DNA of 64,000 nt from Iphione sp. A-MEVVRFRX5. Taxonomy: Eukaryota. This document shows, piece after piece, positions 38,541 to 50,140 of this stretch. Numbering within the stretch: the first letter of the stretch is position 1; the number at the start of each line of letters is the position of its first letter. A program made the translations under genes and the position numbers. The stretch is from positions 126,356,001 to 126,420,000 of the forward strand of contig OZ320314.1 in the NCBI GenBank assembly GCA_976226885.1, given 5' to 3'. The notes under the pieces are model-generated. The model was not told the origin of the DNA. It ran no database searches and saw only the letters and a list, made by a program, of their open reading frames with translations.

Positions 38541-39385
38541 AAGTGGTTCTCATATCAAGTTCTGTGTGATAAGACACAATGAATGCAAACACTAAACCTT
38601 AGTCACCTTCAGATATCAAAGGGGATGCTTGGAGATATATTAAGAGATTAGGAATAGAATAAACTGAATGAGGTTTTGACTACACACAGGACATACTGAC
38701 CTCACCATTGTTAAATCCCCCTGGGTTGTAGACACTGCAATAACTTTAGGTAAGTATTTATGTATGTTTGTTTTAGTACTACATAGATTCATCTACTCTC
38801 GGAAACCTATAAGGTATAGCCAATGTACCTAGAATTTATGGTCTTATCTAGGATATGGCAATATTTGTGACATGAAGTGACCATGTATAGATCCGTTAAC
38901 ATGTGCACAGAGTGGTATCTCCTTTTATTCCATAGATTGGCTATCTGACTCTGGCTCTTATTTAGGCAATGCTATGAAAATAGACAGAGTTTTTGTGAGT
39001 TGGCATGACTCTGTTTTGTTTTTCCAATGATAAAAACCTTTCAAATAACTTAGGAAACCACTTAGGAACAGCATATAATTGAACAAAGACTTGAAATCTT
39101 TGAATATATTTTGAATTGTTAGCTTTCCAAGTTTAAAGTCCTTTGTGACCTAGACTTAAGCTAGAGCTTCAATATATGCAGTATACTAGGGATATCTATA
39201 CAGACAATCCCTCCTATCTTGGTCTCAAATATACAAATTCTCAATTCAATTGTGTAGATTTCAAAGGAATCAATATTTCTTTTTTCTTCGGGTTTTGTAT
39301 GCTTATCCTAATTCCCCATTTGACCATAAAAATTTACAAGAGACACACCGTGTCTATCTAGACAGGTCTGACTGTACTGATGTTG
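38541..39385 (+). promoter_or_regulatory. Upstream block of paralog C: probable promoter and/or non-coding first exon
   Basis: Conserved with 23588-24549. Donor-like AG/GTAAGT at 38750, and an acceptor CAG at 39892-39894 four nt before the ATG. Confidence 0.55.
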
Positions 39386-39898
39386 TACAGATATTTTGAT
39401 AATTATTTTGTAAGAAACTTTTGTAATGTGCTTTCTTTTAAACGAAAAAAACAAAATATTGCACTAATACGGGAAAGAAATATTTCTATGATATATCTCA
39501 GACATGGTCTGATTTGATCTAGAATATATCTGGAGCTTATCAGTGGCAGACTACAATAAAGGTCAAAAAGCAGTACTTAACAAAATAGATAGTATACTTT
39601 GATTTGAGGTAAGGTACTACTATATCATTGACTGGTATTGCAATTGACTGCAATTTGCTGTTCCCTTGTTAACCTATTTCCAATGTTGTTTAAACTCCAT
39701 CATAGGTGTACACATTGCCTAATACTGAAATGAAGAAGGGATGGATAAAATTTATACAAAGATCTTTATACTAGGGATATCAATAACTGAAGTTCATATA
39801 ACAGCTCTTTTATATTGGAAGCTTTTGATTGAAAGGTCATATTAGAATGACATTTCCATCGATTAACATGTTTTCCTGATTATTGATACATCAGCATC

Positions 39899-42800
39899 AT
39901 GTCTACAAATAACTATGCTGATTATGGAAAGCTTGCTGAAGTCCAAAAGACAGCTGTACAGCTTGTGTTTGACAAAGTAAAGGAGGTTTTTGGTAAGTTA
40001 TAGTAACTGCAATATGTAAAAAATGCATAGTTGCTATAGACAATAGCAGTTCTGATTTGGTTTTTGCTGTACACACACACATATATATATACATATGTAT
40101 ATATATAGAGAGCAGTAATAATCAATGCAACTTTTGAAATGTATTTGTATTAATTAATAACTATAAATCATATTCTTTCTCATAGGAAATGTTTTGTCCA
40201 AAACACAAGACAAAGTGACTGTGTGTGAATATGGAGGAGCAGATGGATTGAATTCTTTACCATTCATTAAATATTTCCAAGGTAACATTATGACTATGAT
40301 TTAATATATATATATATATATCATTGTCTATTGAGTTAAGCATTACTTGGTAGTCACGTCAGATACCAGGTTTTAAGAGATGAGCATGTTTTATGTCTTT
40401 AATGTCATTAAGATGGAGGGTAAGGCTGATGAAATTCTTGTACAGGTTTACCTCCTTTCCCAGATTAAGAACTTCAAGGTTCCTAGATATTAAGAATTTA
40501 AACAGTGCTATTGTATTCTACTCGTAATGACAGCAGAGCAACATTTTTGGCTGACCAGGAACCAGCGTGCTCTTATTGACATACTTTGTAGTTATGTATG
40601 AAAAGAATGCTAAATTCAAGGAGGAAGGTTTTGGTCCTAAAAAATGAAATGGTTTTATTTTCATCATTTTTTCTTTACCACCAGGACTCTTAGGTATAGG
40701 TGGGATGAAACAATTTAGATTCATTTATGACCACTTTGTTACTGATTGAAAAGTGATGGTTAATTGTATACCTATGGTTAATGCATGTGTTAACAAGGCC
40801 AGAAGGTTTACCTTTAGCTCTTTGCAAGAGGGGTGTCCCCTTAAGTAACCCTGGCAGAGAACCAAAATAAACCTAATACAGTGGAACCTCTCTACTACAG
40901 ACAGCAAAGGGACTGACTAAAAAGTGTCCATAAAGAGGAGTGTCCTTTATAGAGGGGTATTTAATTATGCTTATATAGATTTGGTTCTGCTTAAACAGCA
41001 GTCTAATTCAATAGGTATGCCTTTTGCAGGGCCTTTGTCTGGATTGGCCTCTACAGTGCTTGCTGAGAAACATATGTGAGAACTCTGCAGCTTTACCAGC
41101 TGAATATTCTCCAAAACACACTGTGGCATCTTTTGTGGTCATATAATGAATATTTTTCTGCTGTGACATAATAAACATGTTTTCAACCTATAATCTGTTT
41201 TTTTTTTCAGAGATACTTAATGATAGAGAACTTGTCTGGATTTGTAATGATCTACCAGGGAACAACTTCCAACCTTTATTCCTTGATTGCTATAACCAGT
41301 ACGCTAACATTAAGCATTCTATACAGTGCTTGTAAAGCATATAAGAGCTTTCTAAGGTAACTTTTTAAAGCATGAAAATATTAGCAATGTCGAATTGGAC
41401 TCTGTAGTATGAGTATGCCCTTTGTCCTTGATAAAATGTATAACTGAGCTCATATTCCAAACAAATCGAATTTGTCTCATGCTATTTCAATATTCTATTC
41501 AGTATTGTTTCAGTTAAGAGGTTCGTATTTGAGTTATGTTACACTGTTTTTTCAATAGGATCTTGGAAAACACTAAAGATGACAATCAGCTGTACATATT
41601 AGCTTCAGGGAAGTCTTTCTACTCACAAGTTGCCCCGACCAATTCAGTGAACTTTGGAGTTTGCTTATCAGCTGTCCACTGGCTCTCAAAATGGTATGAG
41701 AAAAGAGTAAAACATAGTCATTTCAAAAAGGGGGATACATATCTATCAAAGGTTGAATCACATCTGATTTACATAATTCTAGAAACTACTGAAGCTTCAT
41801 TTTAATTCATTCTCAGCAATACAAATATAACATAAGTTACCATTAATTCACTTGTTATATAAACTGATATATGATGTGTGTAACTGCTAATTATAGAAGA
41901 AAAAGGCTACATCACTTCCAAATTGATTCCATGCTCTCCAAATGTAGCAACTGTATACAGGTATACAGATATACTTGCCTGTTATCTTTCCCATCCAGTC
42001 CAGTGAGCAAGCCAGGAATTGACTATCAAACTCATCATCAGCTGGTTAAGGATATAGGAGCAGATGATTGGAAAAACTTTCTGCTGCATCGTGGCCATGA
42101 GATTAATGAAGGTAGGTAACTCAGATAGGATTTGGCCTCTTTTAAAAAGTACGTAAAGCTAGAGATTACTGATTACAAGTAATTTGTTCTCTGGTACATA
42201 TTGTTTAAGCAACATTGAATAGAATTTCAGTCATATCTGAGAAGAAAAGAAATAGGAATATAAATTATTAGTGAATGTAAATCAATAAATATCACTCAAA
42301 GTACTGAGTAATAGTTGAAATCTGTATCGCATTTTTAGGTGGACGATTGGTTGTGTCAGTGGCCAGTGAACCATGCCAAAACATTGGTTCAAATCAACAT
42401 ACAGAGTTCCTTGGTCTCTATGGCCTTCAATCGGCAATCACTCATATGCATCAGTCTTTGCAGATAACAAAGGTCAATTTGTAAAGAAACAGAGTGACAA
42501 CATGTTGTGTAAAATTGTATTATTTGTGATACTGCTCTCTTCAGGAACAGCTTCATTTTAAGCATGGCATATTCTATTTATGCATTGTGCCTTGAATTAA
42601 AGATGTATTTACCTGAAACTTACATACAAATTCATAAGCAAGTAAAATCTTTCTCCACCCAGTTAATATTTTACCCTTATTTCACTTTTCTGCACTCATT
42701 ATTTCCAGGAAGAGTATGCAAGAATGTGGTTCCCAAGTGTTGTATTTCGTTCAGAAGAAGACATCTGTGCCCCCTTTCAGGATCCTATCATTCAGGAAAT

Positions 42801-44004
42801 AGGTGTAAAGCTAGTGTCACTAAGGAAATACAGTGTTCCTGATATCCAAATGAGAGAGTGGCAGGCTAAAGGGGGCCATAAAAGTAAGAGTTCTAAGTGG
42901 CCTCTGAAAATTCTCATTATTATATGAAATTCATTGGAAATGCATCAACATCATAATTTATTAGATGTATTTATTTTCATTAGGGTCGGACAAATTTTGC
43001 ATATACTACAAAATGTAGTGCCATAGAAAGGGACTGATAGCAGTTAGTTCTGAAATCCCTTCACAAATGATATAAACCCTATAATGATATAATGATATAA
43101 TCCCTTCACAAATGGTATAAACATCAATGATTTTGGTAGATTTTATAATGTTTACTTTGAAGAGTTTGATTTATTACTTTAATCTAAAATACTGACCATA
43201 TAATTATGCAGTCAACTACCTATTGCCTGTTCCTATATTCTTTTGGTATATGCTAACTAAAGAGTGCCATTTGGACATATTTGTTATAAAATGACAATTG
43301 CTGCTGTCAGAAGAACATCCCCATAAAGTTGGATATGTATATTTGATGCATGTGCTATTTGACTGCCACATTTACCATCAGGGGCTAGAATTCAGGTCCT
43401 AATTATTCTTATATATGAGGAAACTATCAGGTATCGGTTTGACGTCCCTAGAATTGCACAAGAATCATATACCATTGCCTACAATTTCACTTAAGACAAA
43501 TTTCTATCAATGTTGTAAAAATGTATTGGTTAAGGAAAGATTTATATTCCACTAATAGGTTTTCTGTGTAGAAGAGCAGACTTACATATTTAGATAAAAT
43601 TGTACCTGTATTCTTATAAATTTACACTGATATGTATAAATACAATCCCACTGTAAAGTTTCCCCTCAGGTGATGTTCTCATGCATTTCGAAGACACAAA
43701 TAGTGTCCAGATAAAAAAAATAAGTACAAATAGGCTGCAACCATTACTCTTATTACTCTTGCTTCTTTTAGATGCTGCTGCTACAAAGAATTTTGTGGAC
43801 AAACAAGTATCATCTCTCAAATCTGTGACATCTATGATATTGCCTAAGCTTGATGAAAGGAGAAGTTTAGAAGAAAAGCATAAAATTCTTGACATACTCT
43901 TCAAACTAGTACAGGAAGAGATAACAAGTGACCCATACAAGTATTCATCCAGCTGGTCATTTTTTCTGGTGGAAATTGAGAAACATGGATCACAGACATT
44001 CTAA
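39899..44004 (+). CDS. SABATH/Methyltransf_7-like SAM-dependent carboxyl methyltransferase, paralog C (8 coding exons, 355 aa)
   Basis: Exons 39899-39992, 40186-40281, 41211-41298, 41559-41693, 41999-42111, 42339-42472, 42709-42883, 43772-44004. All introns are GT-AG and the exons sum to 1068 nt of open frame. Motifs YGKLAEVQ, VCEYGGADGLNSL, NDLPGNNF, GKSFYSQV, AVHWLSKCP, DDWKNFL, RSEEDICAPF. Confidence 0.92.
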
Positions 44005-44268
44005 AACAGAAAAATAGGAAAAATGTTAAAATTTCAGGTTATGCTTGAGTACAACTGTTAAGATCTTTATTGATTCTTCAGATTATCCCATAGATTTTAT
44101 CTCAAAGATGACCAATTATTCAAGTGTATACATGTATATGGACATTTTCTTACGTTTTAGTGTTTGGAATTAGCATGATTTATATTTAGGAAACACTGAA
44201 AACTATTTTCAAGACACTATGTCTAAGAATCACTGTATCCCTCCACTACCATGTTCGTTTGTTTGAGT

Positions 44269-44794
44269 GACATAATTGGAAAACTTGGTTGAGTGTGTTT
44301 TTGCTTCCTCCTTAAAGCAAAAATATATTGCACCATAGCATATTAAATTACTAACTGATCCTTGCAAAATGGATGGAGATCCTCATCCATTAATTGATAT
44401 GCCTTGTGTACTAAATTTTATTCTAAAGCTATAGTAGTAAGTGTAGAAAACTGTTTATAGAATTAACAAATGGCAAGTAAGAATCTATTCTTACCTTTAG
44501 TTGGTAAGATTTTAAAGACCAAAAAATCATCCTGTAGTGGTCCTTTTTGATAACCAGTCTATGTGTGTAAAACATTTAAAAAATCGAGCTGTAGCCTGTA
44601 AATGTGGAGATAATCTAATGTAAAGCTTTGATTATTGAAATACAAATTCATTTTATGAAATGATTAATGAGAATAGATGAGGATCTCCATCCATTTTGCA
44701 AGGATCAGTTAATAATTTAATATGCTATGGTGCAATATATTTTTGCTTTAAGGAGGAAGCAAAAACACACTGAACCAAGTTTTCCAATTATGTC
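44269..44794. mobile_element. Foldback/MITE-like element with 119-bp inverted arms
   Basis: 44269-44387 is the reverse complement of 44676-44794 with 2 mismatches. Confidence 0.92.
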
Positions 44795-44941
44795 TTTCTA
44801 AAGACTTTCCTTCTTTGACATTTGTAAGATATGACCATTTGTAAGATATGAATAATTATTTCAATCAGAGGCATTATATATATGACTCAACTATATCTTA
44901 CAAATGGTCTGTTTTCTCAAAGAAGGAAAGTCTTTAGAAAG
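44794..44941. repeat. Small hairpin element with perfect 25-bp inverted ends, abutting the previous foldback
   Basis: ctttctaaagactttccttctttga (44794-44818) versus tcaaagaaggaaagtctttagaaag (44917-44941); internal gaccatttgtaagatat / atatcttacaaatggtc is also inverted. Confidence 0.9.
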
Positions 44942-47384
44942 TACAATAAATGTATAATACTTTATACATATGCATTATTTGAAATATGTAGGTTGGATAT
45001 GTGGATTTTTTAGTAGATGCAAATTCATTGCTTAGTAGTCAACCTGATGAGATAGGATAAAATTTGGAAGTACTTCCCTAATAGGGTTTATAATTCAGTG
45101 TTCATAGCAAATCTCTATAAGATGCTTAATGTTCATCTCTTTTTAGCTTAATTGGATATGACTGGCAGCTTAGCTTATCTTCTGTTAATTTGCATTTGAA
45201 TCTTATAAAGAGAAAAGATATCAGTGCTCTTCTTAACAATTTTTTTGCATCCAAAATTACACTCTGCATAATAAACTGGGAAACAGGAAAAATGATATTG
45301 AGCACTTCCATCTAAAGCCAATGGCTCATGAAAGAAATCATGTGAGCTTTCAATTGCAATCAAAGAGCCAGAGTAATTTCTTCATGATATCTTGGTTTAT
45401 CACCCACCAGACTCAATACCTCCTCATTGGACCAGTAACCACAAATACCTTATTCGAATGGCGTCGAAACTGCTGCCTGATAAGCTTGGCTGAGTGGAAT
45501 AGATGACGAACTCAATATCAATACATATTGCACAATGAAGGTACTCTGGTCCTTACCTCCTTCACCTTTATCTTCTGGTTGAATACATTACTATGTCAAT
45601 GCATCCAGCATTGATACAGCACAGAAGATTGTCAGTCATACCAGATTTCACAGAGCTGGGCACCCAAGAAAAGTAGTCCCTTTTTTTGACCTTCCTGTCA
45701 AAATGATACAATCAGTTCAGCACTGAACCAGTGCCCAATGAAACAGGGTTTTCACATTCTTTAATGTCTGTGTCACATGTTTTTTGCTAAATGCAACAGG
45801 TTGCCCAGCCCTGGTTCAGCATATCTGACCATAATCTGGAACTCCAGACTCAATGTATTTAGCTTCCATGATGCAGGAAGGCTCTTGTGCAATTGTTTTT
45901 GTAACACATGAAGACCCTGTTGTGAGAGTGTTCAGGACTCTGACTGTATATCAAAGGAATCAACAGACTCCCAGACACTCTGATATTGTGTACTTGGAGT
46001 GAACTAGATTGAATTTGTCAATTTTCTTCTTAAAACCTGAACTCTACTCAGAGAGCAAAGGTTATCAGAGACCATCATTAAGGTTAACATGGCAGTTTGT
46101 AAAATATTGTTGATATTCCTGCTGGTCAAATGTAGCTCCAGTTTATTCAAGGAGGTTTTTACAATCAGTGTCTGTAATGAATACCCAAAACAATTGTCTC
46201 AAGGGATTATAAAACATCGGCATTGTCACTAGAAGTCTCAAATAATAAGTAAGCGTAAAAGAGGTTAGTCTTTCTTTCATATAATTGTCCATAATATGTA
46301 TGGCATAATGCTATACAATCATATCAAACCTTGAACCTAGATGTAACACAGAAGAGAATCGTCTTTATTTTTCATTTCGAGCGGCACACTTTTCTCATAT
46401 TCCCATTATAAAGCAATGTTTTTGAGAACATGTCCATGTCTTAAGTTTCATTGATACTTTGTGATATTTAGGCATCTGTAAGATTGCTGATCTACTCTGA
46501 ATCAATCCGCCTGTCAGGATGAGATCATTCTCTTAAGTAAAACATAAATGCATTCTAACTAATGCGAACAGTCTGAGTACCTTGTTATGCCCCGGAAATT
46601 GTCCCACAGACAGGCCCCTTCCTTCAATTTCAGATGACACCTGATTGAACAGACTTTTCAATTACTAGAGGTTCCAACCTGGTGGAGCAGAACTGATCCA
46701 AAACCACTCAGCGCTTAAATGACAGCTGACCTCAGTTTGTCCTCCAAATTGCTAGAAGAGCAGCATTGTTCTCAGCGTTTATTTCTGGGACAGCATTACA
46801 GAATTCAGCAGTCAGTGGCAAATGAGTCCAAGGAGGGTGTTGTAGCCAAATAATCAAACACTTACTTAACACTGCCCACAATTATTACACAACTTGCTCT
46901 CAAACATAAGTTACATGTCAAGCTTACAGTGCTCATTCATCTTACTTACATCCATTTATGTCATTTACCTACATTTCTACCCCTCTTGGGATTTTCTGCC
47001 ATCTAAGGGACATGTTCTAATACTCAAGCTGTGAGTTGAATGCACATGCATGATGGCAAACATTATGAAGTAGGAGAATATATTCGTTTTAATGGAAACA
47101 TTGCAAAAACTAAATACTTTATCGAACAGAGCAACATTGACCAGTGTGACATAACAATAATAAGTACACAAAAGAAGACAACTGTCTCTGGTTATCAAAT
47201 GGCCAAAATAGACACTGCTCACTCAACTTACCCGATCTACTGGAAAATGATTGTAAAACTGAAGGTAAGTAATGAAGGCATTTGAATAACAAAGAATAAC
47301 ATCTGATTCATTTAAAATGAGACCAAACATTGTTAAGCTATAACTATAAAGTAATTTATTCTTATTCCATTGAAGAAAATGGAA

Positions 47385-48358
47385 TAGGGCACAGATTTTA
47401 TGTACCAAACCAAGCCAAAATTGATGCCTTGAAGAGCAACCATTTGTTGAAATCAACTGAGGTACAGGCAGAATGGGCTGTCAAATTATTTATAGGTAAG
47501 TACGTAAAGGATATTGTCAGTATTGTTTTAGTGTGCAACAATATATTACCCAACCTGAAAGCACTTCTAAATTGCCAAAATTTAAGAAAGTTTATTTTTT
47601 GGTATGTTTCCAGACTGGCTGATTGAGATTGGAGAATAAGCCGTTTTGATAATTTCAAAGAAGACATGCTTTCAAGCCTGCTTTAAAAGTTTTACACCAT
47701 GATCAGATAAAAAATAATGCATTGTATTCTAAATCTTCAGTTAAGAAACTATGATGTGGTATCCAGCGATATTTGTTGTCCCCCCATTAATGCTACATCA
47801 AATATTTTGACAGATGGTGCTTTCCCCCAGGCAAATATTGCATATCAAGGATATGTAAGCAAAATTCAGAAGAAAGGGGCAGACAGAACTAGCTACAATC
47901 CACAAATCGAAGCTGGTGATATAAATGTTTCCACAAGAAAATATTCACAGACACTCTGCAAGGGTTAATGCAACAAAATTTCAAAAAAATAAATTGGCAG
48001 AAGGAACAGGGAGGGCTTAGGGAACTAAAGTGTGATTCTTTTGAGATCAGTGTTGATGGTAAGGGCTTCTCTCTAATAAGAGGATTAGAGAAGTATATTT
48101 CTAAACTGAGCACTAATTGTGAGGTGTTTTTTCTTAACACCCAAAGTGAAACTATTAATACACAGATGCTTGCTTGTATAACAACATGTGCTTGGGTACA
48201 AAGATTTCAAGAGAAGCCATGATATCAAAAAATGGCACTAATCACTGCTGTGCCGGACAGCTATGACCATGCTTGGCCAGGCTGGCATTGCAATTCACAA
48301 CATCCAAGACCTGACAGGCCACAGGAATGCCTCATCATTGAAATCATACTTGTCATAA
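47385..48358 (+). mobile_element. Decayed Crypton-type (DUF3504/ZMYM-KIAA1958-related) tyrosine recombinase gene
   Basis: Ordered remnants RFYVPNQAKIDALK...STEVQAEWAVKLF (then GTAAGT), YSKSSVKKL*CGIQRYL, FPQANIAYQG...KKG...PQIEAGD, GLRELKCDSFEISVDGKG, LEKYISKL, TNH.CR (frameshifted HxxR) and TAMTMLGQAG...IQDLTGHRNASSLKSY (H and catalytic Y). Confidence 0.8.
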
Positions 48359-49964
48359 TCTACTGGTGAGGTATGCATGCAAATGTCTTATATCCTTTCC
48401 AATGGTCCCTTCGCCAGTGGTTGAAGAATCGGGTTGTGCCAATGTCATTTCTTTCCAAATTATGACATGGTTACTATTTTAAGTGGTCAATTCTCATTAA
48501 GACGTCACAATTTATAAAAATGATGGTGGCATAATCCGGTACTTCAAAGACTGGTGATTGGTTCATTATTGTGCCAACCAAGAAAATCATGTTGTAAATT
48601 TTCAAATTCAAATTCAGAATCTCTTTACAATCTGTAGAAGGTCTTCGCCCCATTAGAGAGAAAATGCAACTTCCTTAATGTAGTCAATATTCCACACTTG
48701 TAAGCATATGACATGTTTGATATGCTGAGTAAACACTAGGACGACAGAAACATGAGTGAACAATGGAACAATGCTCTCCCATCTACCCTGCAATATGCAG
48801 ATGGGATGCCAGTGATAGAAGCAGCTGGGAGAGATGTGTTTATGCCATCACAAACAAATGTCAACCTTGTGAACTCTTGTGAGTTGCAAATTAAAGGTAA
48901 TTTTGCTGGTTCCAACATTGGTAGTTACACAGTAAATATTTAGTTCCTTTTGAAATGAGAAGATGCTAATGTCTAATAGTGCACAGAATTCACTGCATGA
49001 CAAATCTAAATGTTGTCACAAGTCGTTACCTTATATACAAATGTAATGCAATTGTAAACATTAAAATGAATAAAAACAATGTTTATGAGAGGTTATTTGT
49101 GTACCTTTCAGATATATTTTCGAGGAATAGAATCATTAAGAGTACATTAAGAGTACAAAAAAATTAAATCGAGGAAGAAGGCGCTGTGATATTTGGTTAG
49201 TTTGGTTACTCTTTCATTATCAGAACTTCCCTTAAGTATGGTTTTGCTATGTTTGATCTGTATGTTCAAGCATGCAGGCCCTCAAGATTTGGCCCATATC
49301 ATTTCAGGATATTGGCCAAATCTCGAGCGCTCTTCATTCACAATGAGGGAGGTTAAAGACAAGTCAATACCATATTCCTTACCAAGAAAGCCAGAATGCA
49401 GTTATCTGTATTCATCATGCAACTGAGGGAGATAGGGGGACTTTAGTCAATACCCATATTCTTTCTGCAAATGTGCAAAAGAAACATTCAAAGTAGAAGG
49501 GTACCCAGACTATTCCACAAGATTCAGCTTGGAGTGCTTGGAGTTCTGAGGAAATCTTCAAGAGAGATGAAACTCCTCTTCAGATTTTTTTCATGGCCTT
49601 TGTAGGTATGCATTGAAGAGGAGGGCAAGAGTATTATCATGCCCTTGCCATATGTCATATACAGTAGAGTCTTAATTTGCGACCACATTGATTTCCGACT
49701 ATTCTTGCTATTACAACCCATACAACCTGGTACAAAATAATTTATTTCTATAATAAACAATTTTCAATTTACGACCAAACTGGCAATTCTGACCATTGGA
49801 GCTTGGAACAGAGTGGTGGTCGGAAATAGAGACTCAACTGTATGTGGTTACTGAAGTGTTAGGAGATGGTCTGTTTAGGTTTGCCAACCATATTTGATAG
49901 CACAGTCTGTACACATAATAATGTATATCAATTTATTGCTTATTAGCTATATAAATTCATTCAG

Positions 49965-50140
49965 GAATGAAAGGAAATGGAGAAAGAGAAGCAGGAAGAG
50001 GGAAACAAGATCAATTCCAATGTGACTAGGGCATGAAGGAGGAGGAAGCACAGATGTAGAGGAGGTGGAAGAAAGAAGAGGAGGAGAAGGGAGGAAGAGG
50101 AAAAAGAGAGGAGAAGAAATGGAGAGAGAAGGGGGTATAC
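49965..50140. repeat. Purine-rich (GA/GGA) low-complexity tract
   Basis: Nearly all A/G on the + strand; this explains the spurious Leu/Ser/Phe-rich ORF 49961-50143. Confidence 0.85.

Noticed and set aside
13054-44004. Bacterial contamination or very recent horizontal transfer as the source of the methyltransferases
   Set aside because: Seven spliceosomal introns at shared positions and embedded eukaryotic retroelements argue against it. An ancient transfer cannot be assessed without a phylogeny.
49150-49760. Coding-looking minus-strand fragments (FLGKEYGIDL, HLQKEYGY)
   Set aside because: They are short, interrupted by stops, and match no family I recognise.
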